64,000 nt of DNA, from NCBI GenBank assembly GCA_010909165.1, contig MU008195.1:1-64000 (forward strand). Reading direction: 5' to 3'. A program made the translations under genes and the position numbers. Below the pieces are notes generated by a model. It had not been told where the DNA came from. It saw nothing but the letters and a program-made list of their open reading frames with translations, and made no database searches. Below are positions 11,831 through 26,044 of this stretch, in pieces (positions within the stretch are counted from its first letter, which is position 1; every line of letters starts with the position of its first letter). Source of the stretch: Anthoceros angustus (taxonomy: Eukaryota; Plantae; Anthocerotophyta).

Positions 11831-12897
11831 CTGTTTTACAAAACCAGTTACTATATTTCAATTATCCAATGAGTGCAGGTCTTGCATGTCCTGCTTTAGG
11901 TGAGCAATTCTTCTTCTGATCACTCATTGGATCTTTTCTTTGTCCTCTTCAAAGTGTCTCTGTTCATATCTCACATCTGGATGACGGTTAGGATCAACAT
12001 GTATCGGATCTCTACAGAGTTTTTCCATTAGCCAAGTATTTGGACTGTGACCTATGAGGATAAACTGGAATGGGGGGCAGCATACTCAAGGTTGGCACAA
12101 GTCTGGAGTCTGATGTTGATGAAGCTTGAGGGCCTGTGACTTCGTGAGGAACATCTTCAGTTGCTATATGGACATTCATACGCAATGGTCAGCACAGGCT
12201 GTTTTTTGAGTTGCTTCATCAAATCTGGATGTGCAACAGAGGCATTGGATTTGCGATTTCAGCTATAGGAGGAAATTTCTTACTCAGCAGCCTGTGGCGC
12301 CCATCTCCACTTAAGCGCGCTCTCCTCCTTCAACATCTGTGAATCACGAGAATAGCACGAGTGTGTGGATACAACAACCCGAGTTTGAGGGATATGGGCA
12401 TACATGTGCGCTTCTTGCTGTCCTTGTTTGTAGATGAATCTGGTTGTAGGTGCGCGTCTCGGCGAGGGCCTGATACTGGCATCTCAGGCTGCAAACCGGA
12501 GTTGTGAAGCTGGGCGCACACAGATGAGGGTGGTTCGCCCCTCTTGAGCCCGTCGCCGTGCACGCTGCCTGCGGATTCTGCTGCGGGCGTTGGGCAAGGC
12601 TGCCTCTGGGCGCGCGACCTCCAACACCCATTCGCGATGTGCGCGCCCTTCCTCCTTTCATCTTGCCCACCTGATGCCCTCCGCGTCGCGCTGCTGCTTT
12701 CGGCCGCGTCCGTCTGCGCTTCGTGTCCATCGCTAGTTTTTGTGGCTATGGTTTTTAAAGCAGGGTGAGGCTGTCACGGGAGGCTATCCGATGTAGGGAG
12801 GCGGGGGGTGTATGGGCTTTCATACTCATCTACCCCCGTTACCCCCACATGGGCATGCTCTTTCGCATGCCCATGAGTACATAACGATCGATTGACC

Positions 12898-12970
12898 TGT
12901 ATTTATCCATATCTACCCATATTTACCTATATCTACTCATATCTATATGTATTTACTATTATTTACCATT
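12898..12970. repeat. Degenerate ~10-bp tandem repeat (ATATCTACCC-like)
   Basis: atttatccat atctacccat atttacctat atctactcat atctatatgt atttactatt atttaccatt. Confidence 0.7.
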
Positions 12971-13604
12971 AGTTACTTGGAGTTCAATGGTGAATGCATA
13001 ATAACCTGCTTAGGTTAAGTGAGAGTGTTAGAATGTGAGAGGTTGTTATTAACCTAATAGTTATTATTTATGAATTATTTAATATCTAGGTTAGTGGTGA
13101 ACGGACACACCTGCTCATAAGAAGTATTTAAGACAATTTTGTATTCAAATTTAATTAATTACTTTATTCCTTTTTGCAATTCAATGAGCTTCCACTCACA
13201 AAGTTTCACTAAGTGGCCACTTTGAAGCATTACAAACCAAACCCAACCTCTTTGTTTAGGCATCGAACTTCCTTTCATGCGATCGATTCAAATTTTCTCT
13301 TTGTAGACCGAAGTTATAGCGTGAGTGAGCGGGCTGAGGTTTGGAGAAACTTGGCCCTCTACCACCCTTCACTTCAGCCCTTCCACGAGGCTGGCAGGGC
13401 GGGAGGCTAGGACAGCAGACGTGCGGTGCAGGCACCTAAAACCGCCTCTCCAAGCGGGCATGGGTGCGGTCGAGTTGACCGAGAGCGCTGAAGTGGGCGT
13501 GGGTGCGGTAGGATTAAACGAGAGCAGTGAGGTGGGCTGGGTCTGGTTTCGTGAGGCGCACACAATCAGGGCGGGAGGCTAGCGAGTCGACCCGATCGGG
13601 GCCT

Positions 13605-13742
13605 CTGGGTTGGGGTAGGCGGGCGGGCGGGCTGCGGGTTGGGGTAGGCGGGAGGTTGGAGTAGGGGTGGGTTGGGGTAGGCGGGAGGTTGGAGTAGGGC
13701 TGTGGGTTGGGCCAGCAAGTTGGGGTGGCCACTTGGGGGCGA
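13605..13742 (+). repeat. G-rich repeat (GGGTTGGGGTAGGCGGGAGGTTGGAGTAGGG units)
   Basis: Two to three near-identical copies with many GGG runs. Confidence 0.8.
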
Positions 13743-14467
13743 GCTCTCAAGCTTTATAGAAAAGGAAGAAACAAGATTGTGCTCGTAACGAGGAGATATC
13801 GGTAAGGAGCGCAGAAAAGGCTTCGAGCATGCAGGGTAGGTATGCTAGACCCGTAGGATGCCGAGGACCCCGCAGCCACAGCTTAAAAAGACTTTGGCTT
13901 TTCCCTCTAATAGAGGAACCTGTATTGGTGAATTGCTTCACATTCTCCTCTACCAAGTCTTCACTTGGCTTCTCTGGTGCCTCTTTTGCCCGAGCGCAAC
14001 AAGCAGATCGAAACTCCGAGGTTGGAAGCCACTGTACAGGAATTGAAGCAAAGCTCAAAACACGAAAAGCATATGATAGCTACCTAGGTGACACAACAAA
14101 GGATTCAAAGCTTTTTTGAAAAAGAGACGTTTGAAAGAAAAGAGAGTGTCTAACCCCTTTGGTGCATGGCCGCTCTTTGGTGTATGGCCGCTCTTGTGTG
14201 GGCGCCAAAGCGGACATATGGTAGCACGTCCGTACTAGATTCGCCAATATTCTGGTGTATTGTATGAGTTTGGTGTGAAAAAATATGCCCCGTCCCCCAT
14301 GTCCGCTTTGGTATGCCATAAAGGGGCGCACTTGGATGCACTTGGGATGCACTTTGGACGCACTTGGGGAACCATGAAGGTATAAATTCTGCGTCCCAGC
14401 TGTGTGGATCACATGCCTCCAAACTGCTTGCTGGAAAAGAGAATAAGGTTGATACACTACGAGAGTA

Positions 14468-14816
14468 CCGTATCCTGAGGGCTGATTCGGCGTTAATTAA
14501 TTAAAATTAGTAAAATTTGAAAGTCCAGAAATTATTATACTTAAAATGCCCAATGTGTAAAAATTTACCAATTTAAGATGCCGAAAACAAGGAAACTAGA
14601 GTTTGTGTGAAAAATTAGGTTCTATTTAGGGGAAGTCTATATATATCTATTAGTTCTAGATAGATACCTATGTATTCTAAAAAATATTGAAATTTTATAA
14701 AATTATTTTTCATAAATGTTGAAATTTTAAAAATATAAATATTTATATTGAACCTTATTTTTTTCAAAAAATAATTACTTCGACATTACCCTATTGAACC
14801 ACCCCTTGAGGTACGG
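14468..14816. mobile_element. AT-rich MITE with imperfect TIRs and TA flanks (Tc1/mariner/pogo-type)
   Basis: TA|CCGTATCCTGAGGGCTGATTC ... GAACCACCCCTTGAGGTACGG|TA, matching at 17/23 positions including the TA. The interior is very AT-rich and non-coding. Confidence 0.6.
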
Positions 14817-15235
14817 TATTAAATAAACATGTGCTTGCTGGGATAAAATCACAACCGAGGAACCGGTGAGGCCTGCAATCAACAAAGGCGGCGACCGGCC
14901 TGTGAACTAGGAAGATGTGCGGTACTCCCCAAGGACTTAGGTTGTCGCTAATCCAACAAACAACACGCCACGTCAACTGCACTGACCTAACCGCTAGTTG
15001 GAGAGGTACAAAGTCATGATGAGGATCCCATGCGGCATGACAGTGGAGTCAGACATAACTCTCTTCAACAGTTGCCGTTGAAAGCCACCCAACCCATGTT
15101 TCTCGTGTTCACATGAGTGTGGGAGGAATGTAATGGGTTAGTTTTGGATAATCTACATATAGTTTATGATCTTTAGTAAAGTTGGCTCCCCGTCGAGGAC
15201 GGGGAAAGCCTATGTCGTGCCTAGTTTGGCTACTT

Positions 15236-18200
15236 CTAGTCTCCTTTGCAGTTATACACCATTCCAACCTCCAGGAGGTTTGGAGCTGGAATCTGCAGAT
15301 CTGCAATGCTGGACCTGCAATTGGTTTGGAGAAGGTAGAAAAGCTTGTTCACCACAAACCTGTGAAGCCATCCTGCGTCCTTGGTGAGCTGCACTTTTGC
15401 TTTACCTATGACGTAGACTTCTCCGTTTTTCAGTTCATCTTGCAGCCTTTGGATCTCCTCTGGAATGGTTTTCAGGAACGGGCTCCGGGCATCAGAGTCA
15501 ACGCATTTAGCGTACTCCTCGGCTGAGAATTTCTTGGCTTCCAGATATTCGTTGAGGGAGGCTACAACCTGCTGCATGAAGCCCTGATCGTTGACATTTA
15601 CGAAATCCTTGTAGCCGTACCGGGCTATGCACCTGTAAACTCCCCTGGGTCCGGATCCCACCCTGCCTACCAGAAAACGCTCGCTTGGAAGGACCGTCTT
15701 GACAGGCACGAATCTTACGGTCGTGAAAACCAGAGTCTGGTGCAGGCTGCGGACATTCTTGACATAGTGGGTGAACACCGGAGGTGGTCCATCGGAGAGG
15801 TCGCTGAAGAAGAAGCATATTCCTGGAACCCTTCGGAGGTCAGGGCTTTCTAGGAGTTCCTGCAGGCCGTCCGGTGACAATCGATTCCGGGCCTCATATG
15901 CTTGCTTCTCCCGTCGACCTATGTTCCAGGTGAGCATCACTAATAGGAGGAGGGTGGCTATGGCAAATGGCACCCAACCTCCCTGCGGAATTTTTTTCAT
16001 CACTGCTGTGATGTACACGCCTTCTATGGATATGAAGGTAACGAAGAAGAGAAGTATGAGAGGCCAAGCTGTCTCCCAAATCACCAGCATCACTAGAGTG
16101 ACCAGGCAAGTTGTTATTGCCATCACAAAGATAACAGCTACCCCTGCAACATTTGACGCAATATGACTTGTCAAGAAAAGTCTCAAGAAACTTGGCCTGT
16201 GGACATGACTGAAGGGAAGTTCGAAGACGGGGAACTCAAAGACATCTTACCAAAAGCATTCCCGATTTGGGTTCCATTCCGGAATCCGAGCACAACCGCA
16301 AGGCAGAGAGTCATGAGGATGTAGTTGGCTGCAGGGCTGTAGACCTGGCCTACTTCGTCTTCGGATGTGTGAGATATCTTCACTCGGGGAAAGGACCCAA
16401 GAGCCACCGTCTGCTTGACTATTGAGAAGGTGGCAGAGATCAAAGCTTGGCTGGCAACAATTGCAGCAAGTGTTGATACCACAAACATAGGCCAGTACAC
16501 CCTTTCTGGGATGGAGGCAAAGAAGGTAGTCCCGAGCTTCGATGGATCATGGATCAAGAAGGCAGTCTGGCCTAGGTATGTGAGTATGAGCGAGGGATAA
16601 ACAAAACAGGAAAACGCAAGCTGCAAACAACGAAAAGCCAGTCAGTCCTTCATTCCTACACGATTATTCAACCGAACAATGTATGAAAAGACTGTAGTCT
16701 GCAGTGCTGGACTACGAGCGTACTTGAATAGCTTGATGATTAAAGTGGCCCAAATCGGCAAACATAGCCTCAGCACCTGCATTCATAATCATGAGAAAGG
16801 TGAGATTCTGAGAGTGTGGAAGGTGAAGTAAGGCAAGGGAAGAAAACCAGTCTAGCCAGTAGAGCACAACGTGAATTGACAAAAGAATTACCTGTAATGA
16901 CGAGGATGATGCCGCTAAGTGCTTCCCATCCGTGGACCTTATTCTTGTGGAAGAAAAAATAAATATAGTGCGGGGATAAGGCCTTGAACACTCCCGGATA
17001 AAATTTCACGATGTTATATACTCCAATTATGGGTGTGAAGGCAAACCAGAGCACCATGACCGGGGAGAAAAGGAAGGCAACCTTAGAGGTGCCAAACATT
17101 TGAAGCATGAACACCAACAACAGTATGATAGCTGAGACGGCTACCACCGTTGCTGCATTTGTCACGAGTTACACACACCACAGGTCAGATGTGCAAGCTG
17201 AAAGCTACTGGCCATTTCAGCCACTGGCCAGGACTCAACTGAACAACTAACGATTATGCAAGCAACGTGTGTGAAGAGTTGATCAGGAAGCTGGCTTCAA
17301 AGGTATTACCGTCATTGATGTGGGATCCCTTTGCCTGCTGGATGCCAACCATAGCTGAGAGAACTGCAGGAGGTCAAGCAATACCTCCTGGTCAGCAGTG
17401 TCGCTGCGGACTGGTCCCGGGGGTAGAGGCCGACAAAATGACGACATTGACATTTGAGGTGATTCTTTGCACCAAGTTACAGGGTCTGTCAGTCACTACC
17501 TGATATAGCTGGCGTAAGCACACCATCACCGATCACCATGCTTGTGCCAATCATGACGAGGATGAGCAATGCGCTCTGCGCCGTCTTGCTCCTCTCCAAG
17601 AATTTTATAGTCCGGGAGTGGATTCCCGTATTATTTCTGCTGAAAAACTGCAGCTGTGTATCGGATTGCAGCGGCTTGTATGATCTGCCAGCCGTCTGGC
17701 CAATTCTTGCATGCTGACACAACTTAGAGTATAACGCAGCCGTCCCTCCTGTAAAACGCAGCGGGCCAAGGTGAGGAGGATCATAACAGAAATTGATCTG
17801 ACTCCAAACTACATACAAGAGGCCTCAACCAAAAAAAAAATCCTCCCTCCTACAGTAGCTCAAAACTCACCTTCCCCGTGGTCGTCAGCTCTCAGCACTA
17901 CGAAAACGTATTTGAAAAGCGCAATCAACGTCAGCGTCCAGAACATGATGCTCATCACTCCAAGCAAATCTTTCTCCGTCACAGGATCCTGTAACTGCGT
18001 GCTGGAGAAGACGTAGAGCGGAGACGTGCCTAGGTCGCCATACACCACTCCTAATGTCTGGTACGCAAGCAACAAGGTCTGCCTGGTGCTGTACTTCTGC
18101 GAAGGTAAACAAGAACACACAGCTCCAGTAAGCCTCTGTCGAGTCACAATTCAAGCACGCGTCCAAACAACAACAACACGCATGGCATAAAAAATCACCT

Positions 18201-18462
18201 TCGCCTCCTTGCGGAAGGGAGCCAGATGCTCCGAAAAGTGAATCTCAGAACGCGTCCTTCCGCCAAGATTACGCCCCCCGGCCCCGACGACCTGGTCGTC
18301 GGTGGTGAAATTCCCTTCCTCGCCATCCGATCCCGCGTCCTCGATGCTGAGGTGCGCATCAGTCCCATTGCTGGCCAGACTCAGGGAACCTGCCTCGACG
18401 TCCATCTCTGCTGGATGAGCTGAAGACGCATCAAAAGAACCCCGCTTCATCGTGTCAGTCAT
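15236..18462 (-). CDS. HAK: HAK/KUP/KT family potassium transporter, about 8 exons
   Basis: Motifs [66 protein letters not shown] and [13 protein letters not shown] junctions checked for exons 18462-18199, 18096-17871 and 17748-17500. Start may be 18462 or 18450. Confidence 0.95.
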
Positions 18463-19184
18463 CAAATCCCGCCGGGCCCGACACAAACAGTCACGCAGTG
18501 AAATTTGAGAGCAGCAAATCAATCTATAACTTTCCAAGCAACAACCGCGAAACAGAATGTGTTTCCAATCCGGGACGAAACGTTCCCAACTTCATTCCCA
18601 TTCCCATCGCTCTCCGAGAACCTCTAGTCCAGGAGGAAGGCTTACCAAACACCAGTACCTTTTGCAATTTCGAGCTCACTCCTGAGCGTCGCCGATTCCA
18701 GCCGCGGCAATGCAATTTGAGGTCGCAGTGGCCGGGAGGGAGAGAAGAACTCCACACACGATAGCGCGCTAATCCATCCTGCTGAAGACAGCGGCGGCGC
18801 GGAGTGAGCCGGGATCGAACGATTGAACTCGTGCTGTGCTAGCGAGCGAGCCTTCCACGTCGCTTTCCCTCGGCGCTTTCAAAGTTTAGGCCATAACCGA
18901 GGCCAGAGCGAGTAACTGCGGTCACGGTTGCCCCTCCGATGCGCCAACCGGGGTTCGGTATGTGTAGCTCTCTGCGTCACGCAGTCAAGTGGCGAGGATG
19001 AAAGTAGGTCGCAGAGCCCATTGCACTTGGACGCGACAGCAGCAGGCGAAGTGCTTCCGATGAAGGAGTGTATGTGCCGCGGCTCTGAACGCGGCTACAG
19101 GCGATATATTTGGAGGATTCTCTCGCCGTGTGCGCGTGCCGGAGTTTCAGTGGGGGCGAGAATGGCGGTGCGGGGTAAGGATGC

Positions 19185-19232
19185 TGCAGTTGCGGTTGCG
19201 GTTGCGGTTCCGGTTTCTGTTCCTGTTCGGTT
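19185..19232. repeat. (GCGGTT)n-like hexamer microsatellite upstream of HAK
   Basis: gcagttgcggttgcggttgcggttccggtttctgttcctgttcggtt. Confidence 0.8.
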
Positions 19233-20140
19233 GAGGAGCGGAGCGGAGTGAAGAAGTCAGGGATGCGGAGACCAAAGGAGCTTTGTCGCCAAGGAAGGAC
19301 AGAATGCGTCAGTGGATGGCCACTATGTAGCCTAAAGAATTGAGCAGTCAAGAGTATTTTGCTCCGGGTCTCCTCGAGCTAAATCTTTTCGTACACCTGC
19401 AAGTCGGTCGTATCCGATTCCACATGCACAACGCGCTTCGCAGCCTGCAGGCCTGGTAGGTGTGGCCTATAATTTGAAGCAGAGGAGAAAGCAAGTCCCG
19501 AATATTATCCTGGAGGCAAGATATCTGTCAACATGCCTGCCGCAGCATGCATGTCTCATCTACTTGCAAATACCACTCCGAGGACGAGACATGGCGGAAA
19601 TGGAAATCCCTCGTGGAAGAATGATTTTTATGCCTTGCAGCTATTTATGTCCTCATCTTGCGGGCCGAGTTCCTCAAATGCCAAAGCGACACCAGGAGTA
19701 GCCAACTACCTACTAAATCAAAAGCTGCTGAAATCGCGTATTTTAATCGTAAGGACTAGTTTGAAGTCGAGAAGTCCAGCGGCCGACATTCTAATGTAAT
19801 TGCTGCTGTTGAATAGAGTTCTCCTCAATGTTCTTCTACTGCCATTACCACTCTTCCATTACCGGCAGCCATTTTGTGCGCCCAACAACATGCGCCCCGA
19901 CATCCCTCTTCCATAACCAGCATGCCAGCAGCATCATAAGCAAAATTAACTCGAGATGGTCCGCGGGTCGCCAGGAGGAAGAGAGGCTGCCGGCCGCACC
20001 GTGCATCGAGGTTTGTGCCACAAGAGAGGCGAGGTTTACAGGCGCGTTAATTTGTTAATCGGAGATCAACTTCATAGGCTTGCAGCTTTTGCGAGCCCAT
20101 GGCTTGGGGGGGCCCTTGCTTTAGGATATAAAATAACTAT

Positions 20141-21882
20141 CTATTTCGGTGTGGCAGACTCAAGTCCATGGGAGGCTGGCTCCCACCTGAAGGCATCGAC
20201 GAGGATCCACTGGAAGGCTCTGGCCAGCGTCAACAGCTTCATGTAGTGCATGCCAGTGAACCGGGGAGGTAAGCCTGTAAGAGGAGTGATCAGAATTGGC
20301 GACTGCAAATCGGCAAAACCACTGCCATCGGTTGCATCCTGGATGGTGATGTCTGATTCCAGCCATGCTATACTAGTCTCCATGGCCAACTTGTCGTCGA
20401 CGAATCTGAGCTTCTTTCCTCGAGTGAGAAACTTCTGTCTCGCAGCTTCAGGCACAAGCTCCAAAGCCTTGTTGAAGGTGTCTTCGTTGAATCGCGCAGC
20501 CAGAGTCTTCACATCAGGGGCGCCGCTGGCAGGACCGAGCTGGAGACTTACAGCTTCCGAGCGCTTCATCTTCACCCAGATATCAAATACGACTTCGTAA
20601 CGGTTGAGCGGTTTCAAGTAAGTGTGCAGCTGGATCCGCTTTCTCTTTGCATCAACTGAGGGCTTGGAGTAGAGGAAGTTGTCGTGATACTGGTGTTGCA
20701 CAACGGAAATGTTGTCCTGAGTCAGCCCAGGAACTGAAGCAACTTGCATCTGCCACTCTTTTGCCCCATCACCTTGCTGCTTGATAGCTTCCAAGAATGA
20801 CCCAAACGTTTCCTTCGTTTGTTGGACACTCTTTTTGAGAGATGCAAAAGCCTCTTCCCATTTGATGTCATCTTCCGGCAAGTTGTGCACCGTAAGGAAG
20901 GATGCAATGGCTTGAGCAACCTGAGCCCTGGCTTCCTCGATAGGGATGTCGGCGTTGAGATCCCCTCGTTCCTTGTTTGGCACCCCGTGGCTCACTTGAG
21001 CATGATTCATCCCTTTGATCACAACCACTGGTTTCACAGCAATAGTGTTGTGCTCTCCTAACTCAGCCTCCACGTCCAAAATCTGCCCCAAGTGAGCGAC
21101 CGCAGTCGCAAGAGTAATTTGACCATCCAATTCTCCAGTTATCGTCAGCACAGGCTTCGGATATTGCGGCAAACTATCAGGGTTCCCCCAGAAGCAACTG
21201 CCTGTCTGTATGAAACCATCTGCCCGGCGTAATGCCACACTTCTTGACTGCCAGGCTCCCCAGCTGCCACGTCGCATCAGTCAGCACAACACTCCACACC
21301 TCTTCAAGCTCTTCCCCAATCCAATCCAACAGAAAACCAAACACACCTGTGGCCGCCGATAAACACTCTGGTCTCGCCTCCCGCGGCCCCAAACCCTTTG
21401 GCCTGCACTCTCTTCACCACACCTTCGTAGCTCAGATCCACCAGCTCCGTGGTGAGCACATCCGGCTGGACCACATCCAGTATCACGATCCAAAGTCTCA
21501 AAACCGAATCAGACTGGATTTCCTTGGCAAGTGGCAAGTACGCATCTCCAGCCGTCAAACCTCCTGGCACAAAGAGTAGCAAGACTTCCCTACCGTCTTC
21601 GCGGATCGGTTCCAAAATCTGACCAAACCAAACACAAACCTGATCAACCCTCTCACCACACCTCACACTCTCACAGGCTCATCAAAACACATCTGCTCCA
21701 AAACGAAAAAAAAGGCTAAACGCCATTACAATCGCACAAATCAGAATACCTACCATCGCATTTTCGGAGACGTCCCGAGGCTCTGCTGCTCCCGGAAAGG
21801 CTGGATCTTCCCGGACATTGGATCCTGCCGGAACCTGCAACTTGGAACTAGCTTGAAGCTCCGCCTGTTTGATGGACCCCAT
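20141..21882 (-). CDS. Alpha/beta-hydrolase fold protein (Abhydrolase_5-like), 3 exons, ~507 aa
   Basis: Exons 21882-21754, 21618-21347 and 21263-20141 splice in frame. Splicing creates the nucleophile motif GHSWG. GELDG (Asp) and GMNHAQ (His) complete a putative triad, and FVPGG fits an oxyanion region. Confidence 0.85.
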
Positions 21883-22633
21883 GCTCCCCCTCGTCCGCAA
21901 CGTCACTGAGCCAGATCCAGATCCAAGGCCGCTGCTCCCGTCAGCACAAACCTCCGGTGGCAAGCAATAGCATGCGGCCAAGACCGATCTCCAGCTGCAC
22001 CAAAACTTTACCAAAGCCGGGCCGCCGGATGAAGACAGCGCCGCGGCAATGCGCTGCTGGCTCAGGATCCCACCTGCAAGACTTCCGCCATACGGCCTGC
22101 TCCAAAGCTTGGACAGGCAGCACCATGCCTCCTCCGCCACTCGGCCACGTTCTCGCTTTATTATCGGAGCCTTCCCACAGTCTTCCTATCGGTCGAATTA
22201 CGGAACATCTAAAGCTAGCTCGAAAGAGCCATTCCGTTCCGTCACCGGTTACATCAGCCAGGATACTAATGCTCTGTTGCTTTTTCCGTGGGAACGGATG
22301 CACAGAAGTGCATAGCGTTCAGCCTGGTGGTACGTTTGGCACGAGCTTCTGTCCATGAGGAACTAACTCGGCATTTATGATTACATTTCCGTTCCTTGAA
22401 TCCCAAGCTAGTAAGAAAAAAGTTACAGTTGAGTCCTCACTACCAGACATCCTATCGGTGTCCACAGGTCCGTCATCGAATTCTATCCTCAAGAAAAGAA
22501 TTGAGATCCATGATATCGGGACTTTCTAAAGACCACCCACTCGTCCATAATACAACAACACAACCGCCTCAAGCACAGGTTGCAATAGCAACCTCTTTAC
22601 CCTACTGAGGACGTGGAGTGGCCCAGGTTACTT

Positions 22634-25600
22634 TCAAGCCAACACTTGGAACTTCCCCCGCAGTTTTTTCTTCTTCCAACCCTGTTGTCAAGCGGGAGAA
22701 CACTTGATGAGTACCAAAACAGGAGATTCTTGATTCCCTCACTGCTGTAATCAAGCAAACCCCCAGTCGGTAAAGAACTTACAAAAGCAAGGTAATAAAA
22801 CAGAGTGAAGAAGAAGAAGATAATGAAGGCAATTTGAAAAATATTGAATCTGCACAAAAGACAAACGATAGAGAAGGTCATCCCAGTTTGACCTACTGTT
22901 CCAATGCCTTAGCTCTATCCGAAGAGCAGCTAACTTCAGAGCTAAACTCAGAGCTAAATTCAGGACAATCTACTTTCAATTAATGGTTATTGTGACGACA
23001 CTCACCTAAAGAGATACTTCAAGCCGCGCAGAGACTCCAATGTATGGCCAAAGATGTCTTGAACAGATGTGGCTTGAGCATACAAGGCAAATCCTTTAGC
23101 ACAGAATTGAATAACGCTGCAAAGCAAGTGATGAAAGGATCAGCACAGCAACACACTCTTGGAAGAGTGTGCTGAGGGAGGGAGACTTATGCTGAGGACT
23201 CTGATGTGCTGCGGTGCACCCAGAAACAAATGAGACCCTCTTACCTGACAGAAGTAAGAAGAATCAAGCCTACATTGAACAAAAAGGAGTTCATGAGGGT
23301 ACCATTCCACCTGCGAAACAACCGTTCAGTAAGCACCATGGTAGGAGGACAACCCTCCAGTGGAAAACAACGACTCGTGAACCCTAGCAAAACCAACAAG
23401 CAACAAACACACTTACTTCATAGGGTGGATGGTGATGAACACAAAGTTCAGCCCCAGCTGCATCTCCCCCGCGATAACACACAATACAAGGTATATGCAA
23501 AAAAATGCAAAGAACACAGTGCCCAACAATCCTGCATGCATCAATCAGAAAGCTGATTATAAACTGCTGTGGCAAGATGCTGCTCCTAGCATGGCAAGTA
23601 CATCACGGGTAGGCAAGACAGAAGATTTGCACAACAGCACAGCAACCTACAACCCCATGTTGATGTCAAAAACCCTGGGCATACATAAGTTACACTGCAC
23701 CATCGCTCCTCCCTTTTCCTTTTCCTTGCACCTTGGCTCATAGACAGTAGCATAACCAAGACTGTGGCAATAGAAGCTCACCCCAAACAGAATCCAATTT
23801 GATGAACACCTCGTTCAAAAATGGTGACAAAGGAGGCTGAATCAGCATGTAGATTATAATGTGAATAATCCAGGCAACGGATACCACAAACCTGAAATGC
23901 GAGCAGACCGTCCCATTGTAAGACATGGCCCACAAGAGGAAGAGACCACATTGATGCTGGGATGCAAATCCTTACAAGCATACTCACCCTACAAGTCCCA
24001 GAAAAAGCTTTAACAAATAGCCGAGTACGGTGAGGGCCCATGACGTTTCTGCCTGGGAGTCATGCAAGAGAAACGAGTGAGGAACATCCTGACAGAAAAA
24101 TAGACAGATTCTGACAGCAGCACATACCGTCTCTCCCTGAGGATAAACCTCCTCCAAAGCAGCTTCATCTTCCTCTAGATAAAGAAGCTCCTGCAAATGA
24201 ATGTGAGATCCAAAGTTATATTTAGTTTCATGAGCTCACTACCAAATATTCTTCACCAGTGCTCCATCTGTTGCCCGAACAAGTCAATCCAACCTCTTGA
24301 AGCTTCTTGACATTCTTCTTCCACTTCCGGCCTTTGCTGCCACTCCTTTCCTCACGTTGAAGTTGTAAAGCAACTTCTCGGATCTCCTTAGCACGTTTTC
24401 CCAGATCTGTGGCTTCCTGTTTCAATAGGACACCCTGGTGAGCTCCATATGTGCATAGGACCAATGGTCGTCATTTACAAAGCACAGGTGACATGTCAGA
24501 GCTGGCACGAAAGGAATCACCTTGATGTATTGAGAGCGAGTTATGATGGCTTTCGGTCGTCTCAGGTAGGCAAATATAAGGCTCAGAGGCAAAACAGCCA
24601 AGCCAGCTCCACCGAATATCTGAACGGCTCATATTAGAGGAAAGCAGTAAAAATATCACAACTTCACGATTCATCACTAGCAACTATTAGGAAGCTCACC
24701 GAGAAGAAGATGGACCCGAGTATGGTAGAAAGGGCAATCACATATTGTGGGAAAGTTGTTCTCATTGTCCATGTTGTCCGGAAGCTTGGACCAGCTGTGT
24801 ACGCTGCACACTGCAAGCTTTGTATCAGTGCAAAGTTCCGCTATCAAATACACTATGTTCACTCAAAGTTGAAGTTGCTGTGATGCCAAACCCCTTGGCC
24901 GGAGTCGTTTGAAAACTCTTAGATAGTTTCATGCATACCAGGTTAACTGGATTGCCAGTTGAGGAACTGGCAGCTTGAAAGCAAGGGTTGTCTGCTGTAA
25001 GGAGCGTATAATCTGGAGGATAACTGACAGTTGACGAGGACAGCTTCTGCACGGTAAAATCCACATATCCTAGCACTCCTACACAACCAGACATCCAGAT
25101 CAAACCCAAAGTCTGAATTAAATCGATGACAGAAACAAGAGACAGAGAATCTCTGCAAGAAGTGAACCAGACTCTTAACTGCAAAGTCCATCACGAAGTC
25201 ATTCCACACCGTACAAATTTACAGACTTCTGAATCTTTCCACGTACCAATCATGCGCTCTGTAAAGAAAACTCTTACGTGGACGACAGTCCCAATCCCAA
25301 ACAGAGGACCATGTCTATCAAGCAGAGCTGCACGTACCATAGAGAATACCAAGCACCAAGGCAGCAATAACAGCTGTGAGCGTACACCATACCACTGCGC
25401 TCTTTACCCGCTGTAAGGCGGTCCTGCTCCACAGAGTAAATATGCGGGAAAATGGTTGTTATCAGCATACACATTGCACAAAGCAAATGCATTGGCCTGA
25501 AGCGCAGGGGCTCAGAACGGAACTGCCAAATACAAAAATGGCACGCCTTAACCTAGCCAAGAAGACATTTTGCTACTGCACTGCAATCCATAACCCTGTC

Positions 25601-26044
25601 GCAAAACACGGTGCAGTAAACAGAAAATTCAGAGCAAGTAGCATCCGATCAACATGCCCCTCGTCCGCACAGTTCATGCAGGGAAAGGGGAACTAACTTC
25701 TCCTGGTCGCCTTCGTAGTAGAAAATCGAGAACGGAATTATCAAAAATACGAGCACCACATCGATTATGTACACGGCATACCAAAGCTGCTTCATCGGCA
25801 ACGTAAAATGACAGGCTCCCGTGTAAACGGAATTCACACAAGCGTGCCGATTAGCAACGTCAGCTGGAAGCATCAATATGGATATCTCCGCGATGGACAG
25901 CCCCAGCACAACCACAAACTTGGGGAAATACGCCTGATTGTGATCATCCGGATGCTGGTAATTGATCAGGAGATAGATGTTGAAGATCACCACGACAATG
26001 CATACGATGATAACAATAAGAAGCAATATCACATTATACTCCAT
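22634..26044 (-). CDS. LIMR family / LMBR1-like membrane protein, multi-exon
   Basis: [62 protein letters not shown] and C-terminal [15 protein letters not shown] match plant LIMR proteins. Many short GT-AG introns. Confidence 0.93.

Noticed and set aside
10632-14457. Assorted short ORFs (e.g. 10834..11097, 12344..12730, 13747..14058)
   Set aside because: No recognisable motifs or consistent splice structure; probably decayed TE or captured fragments.
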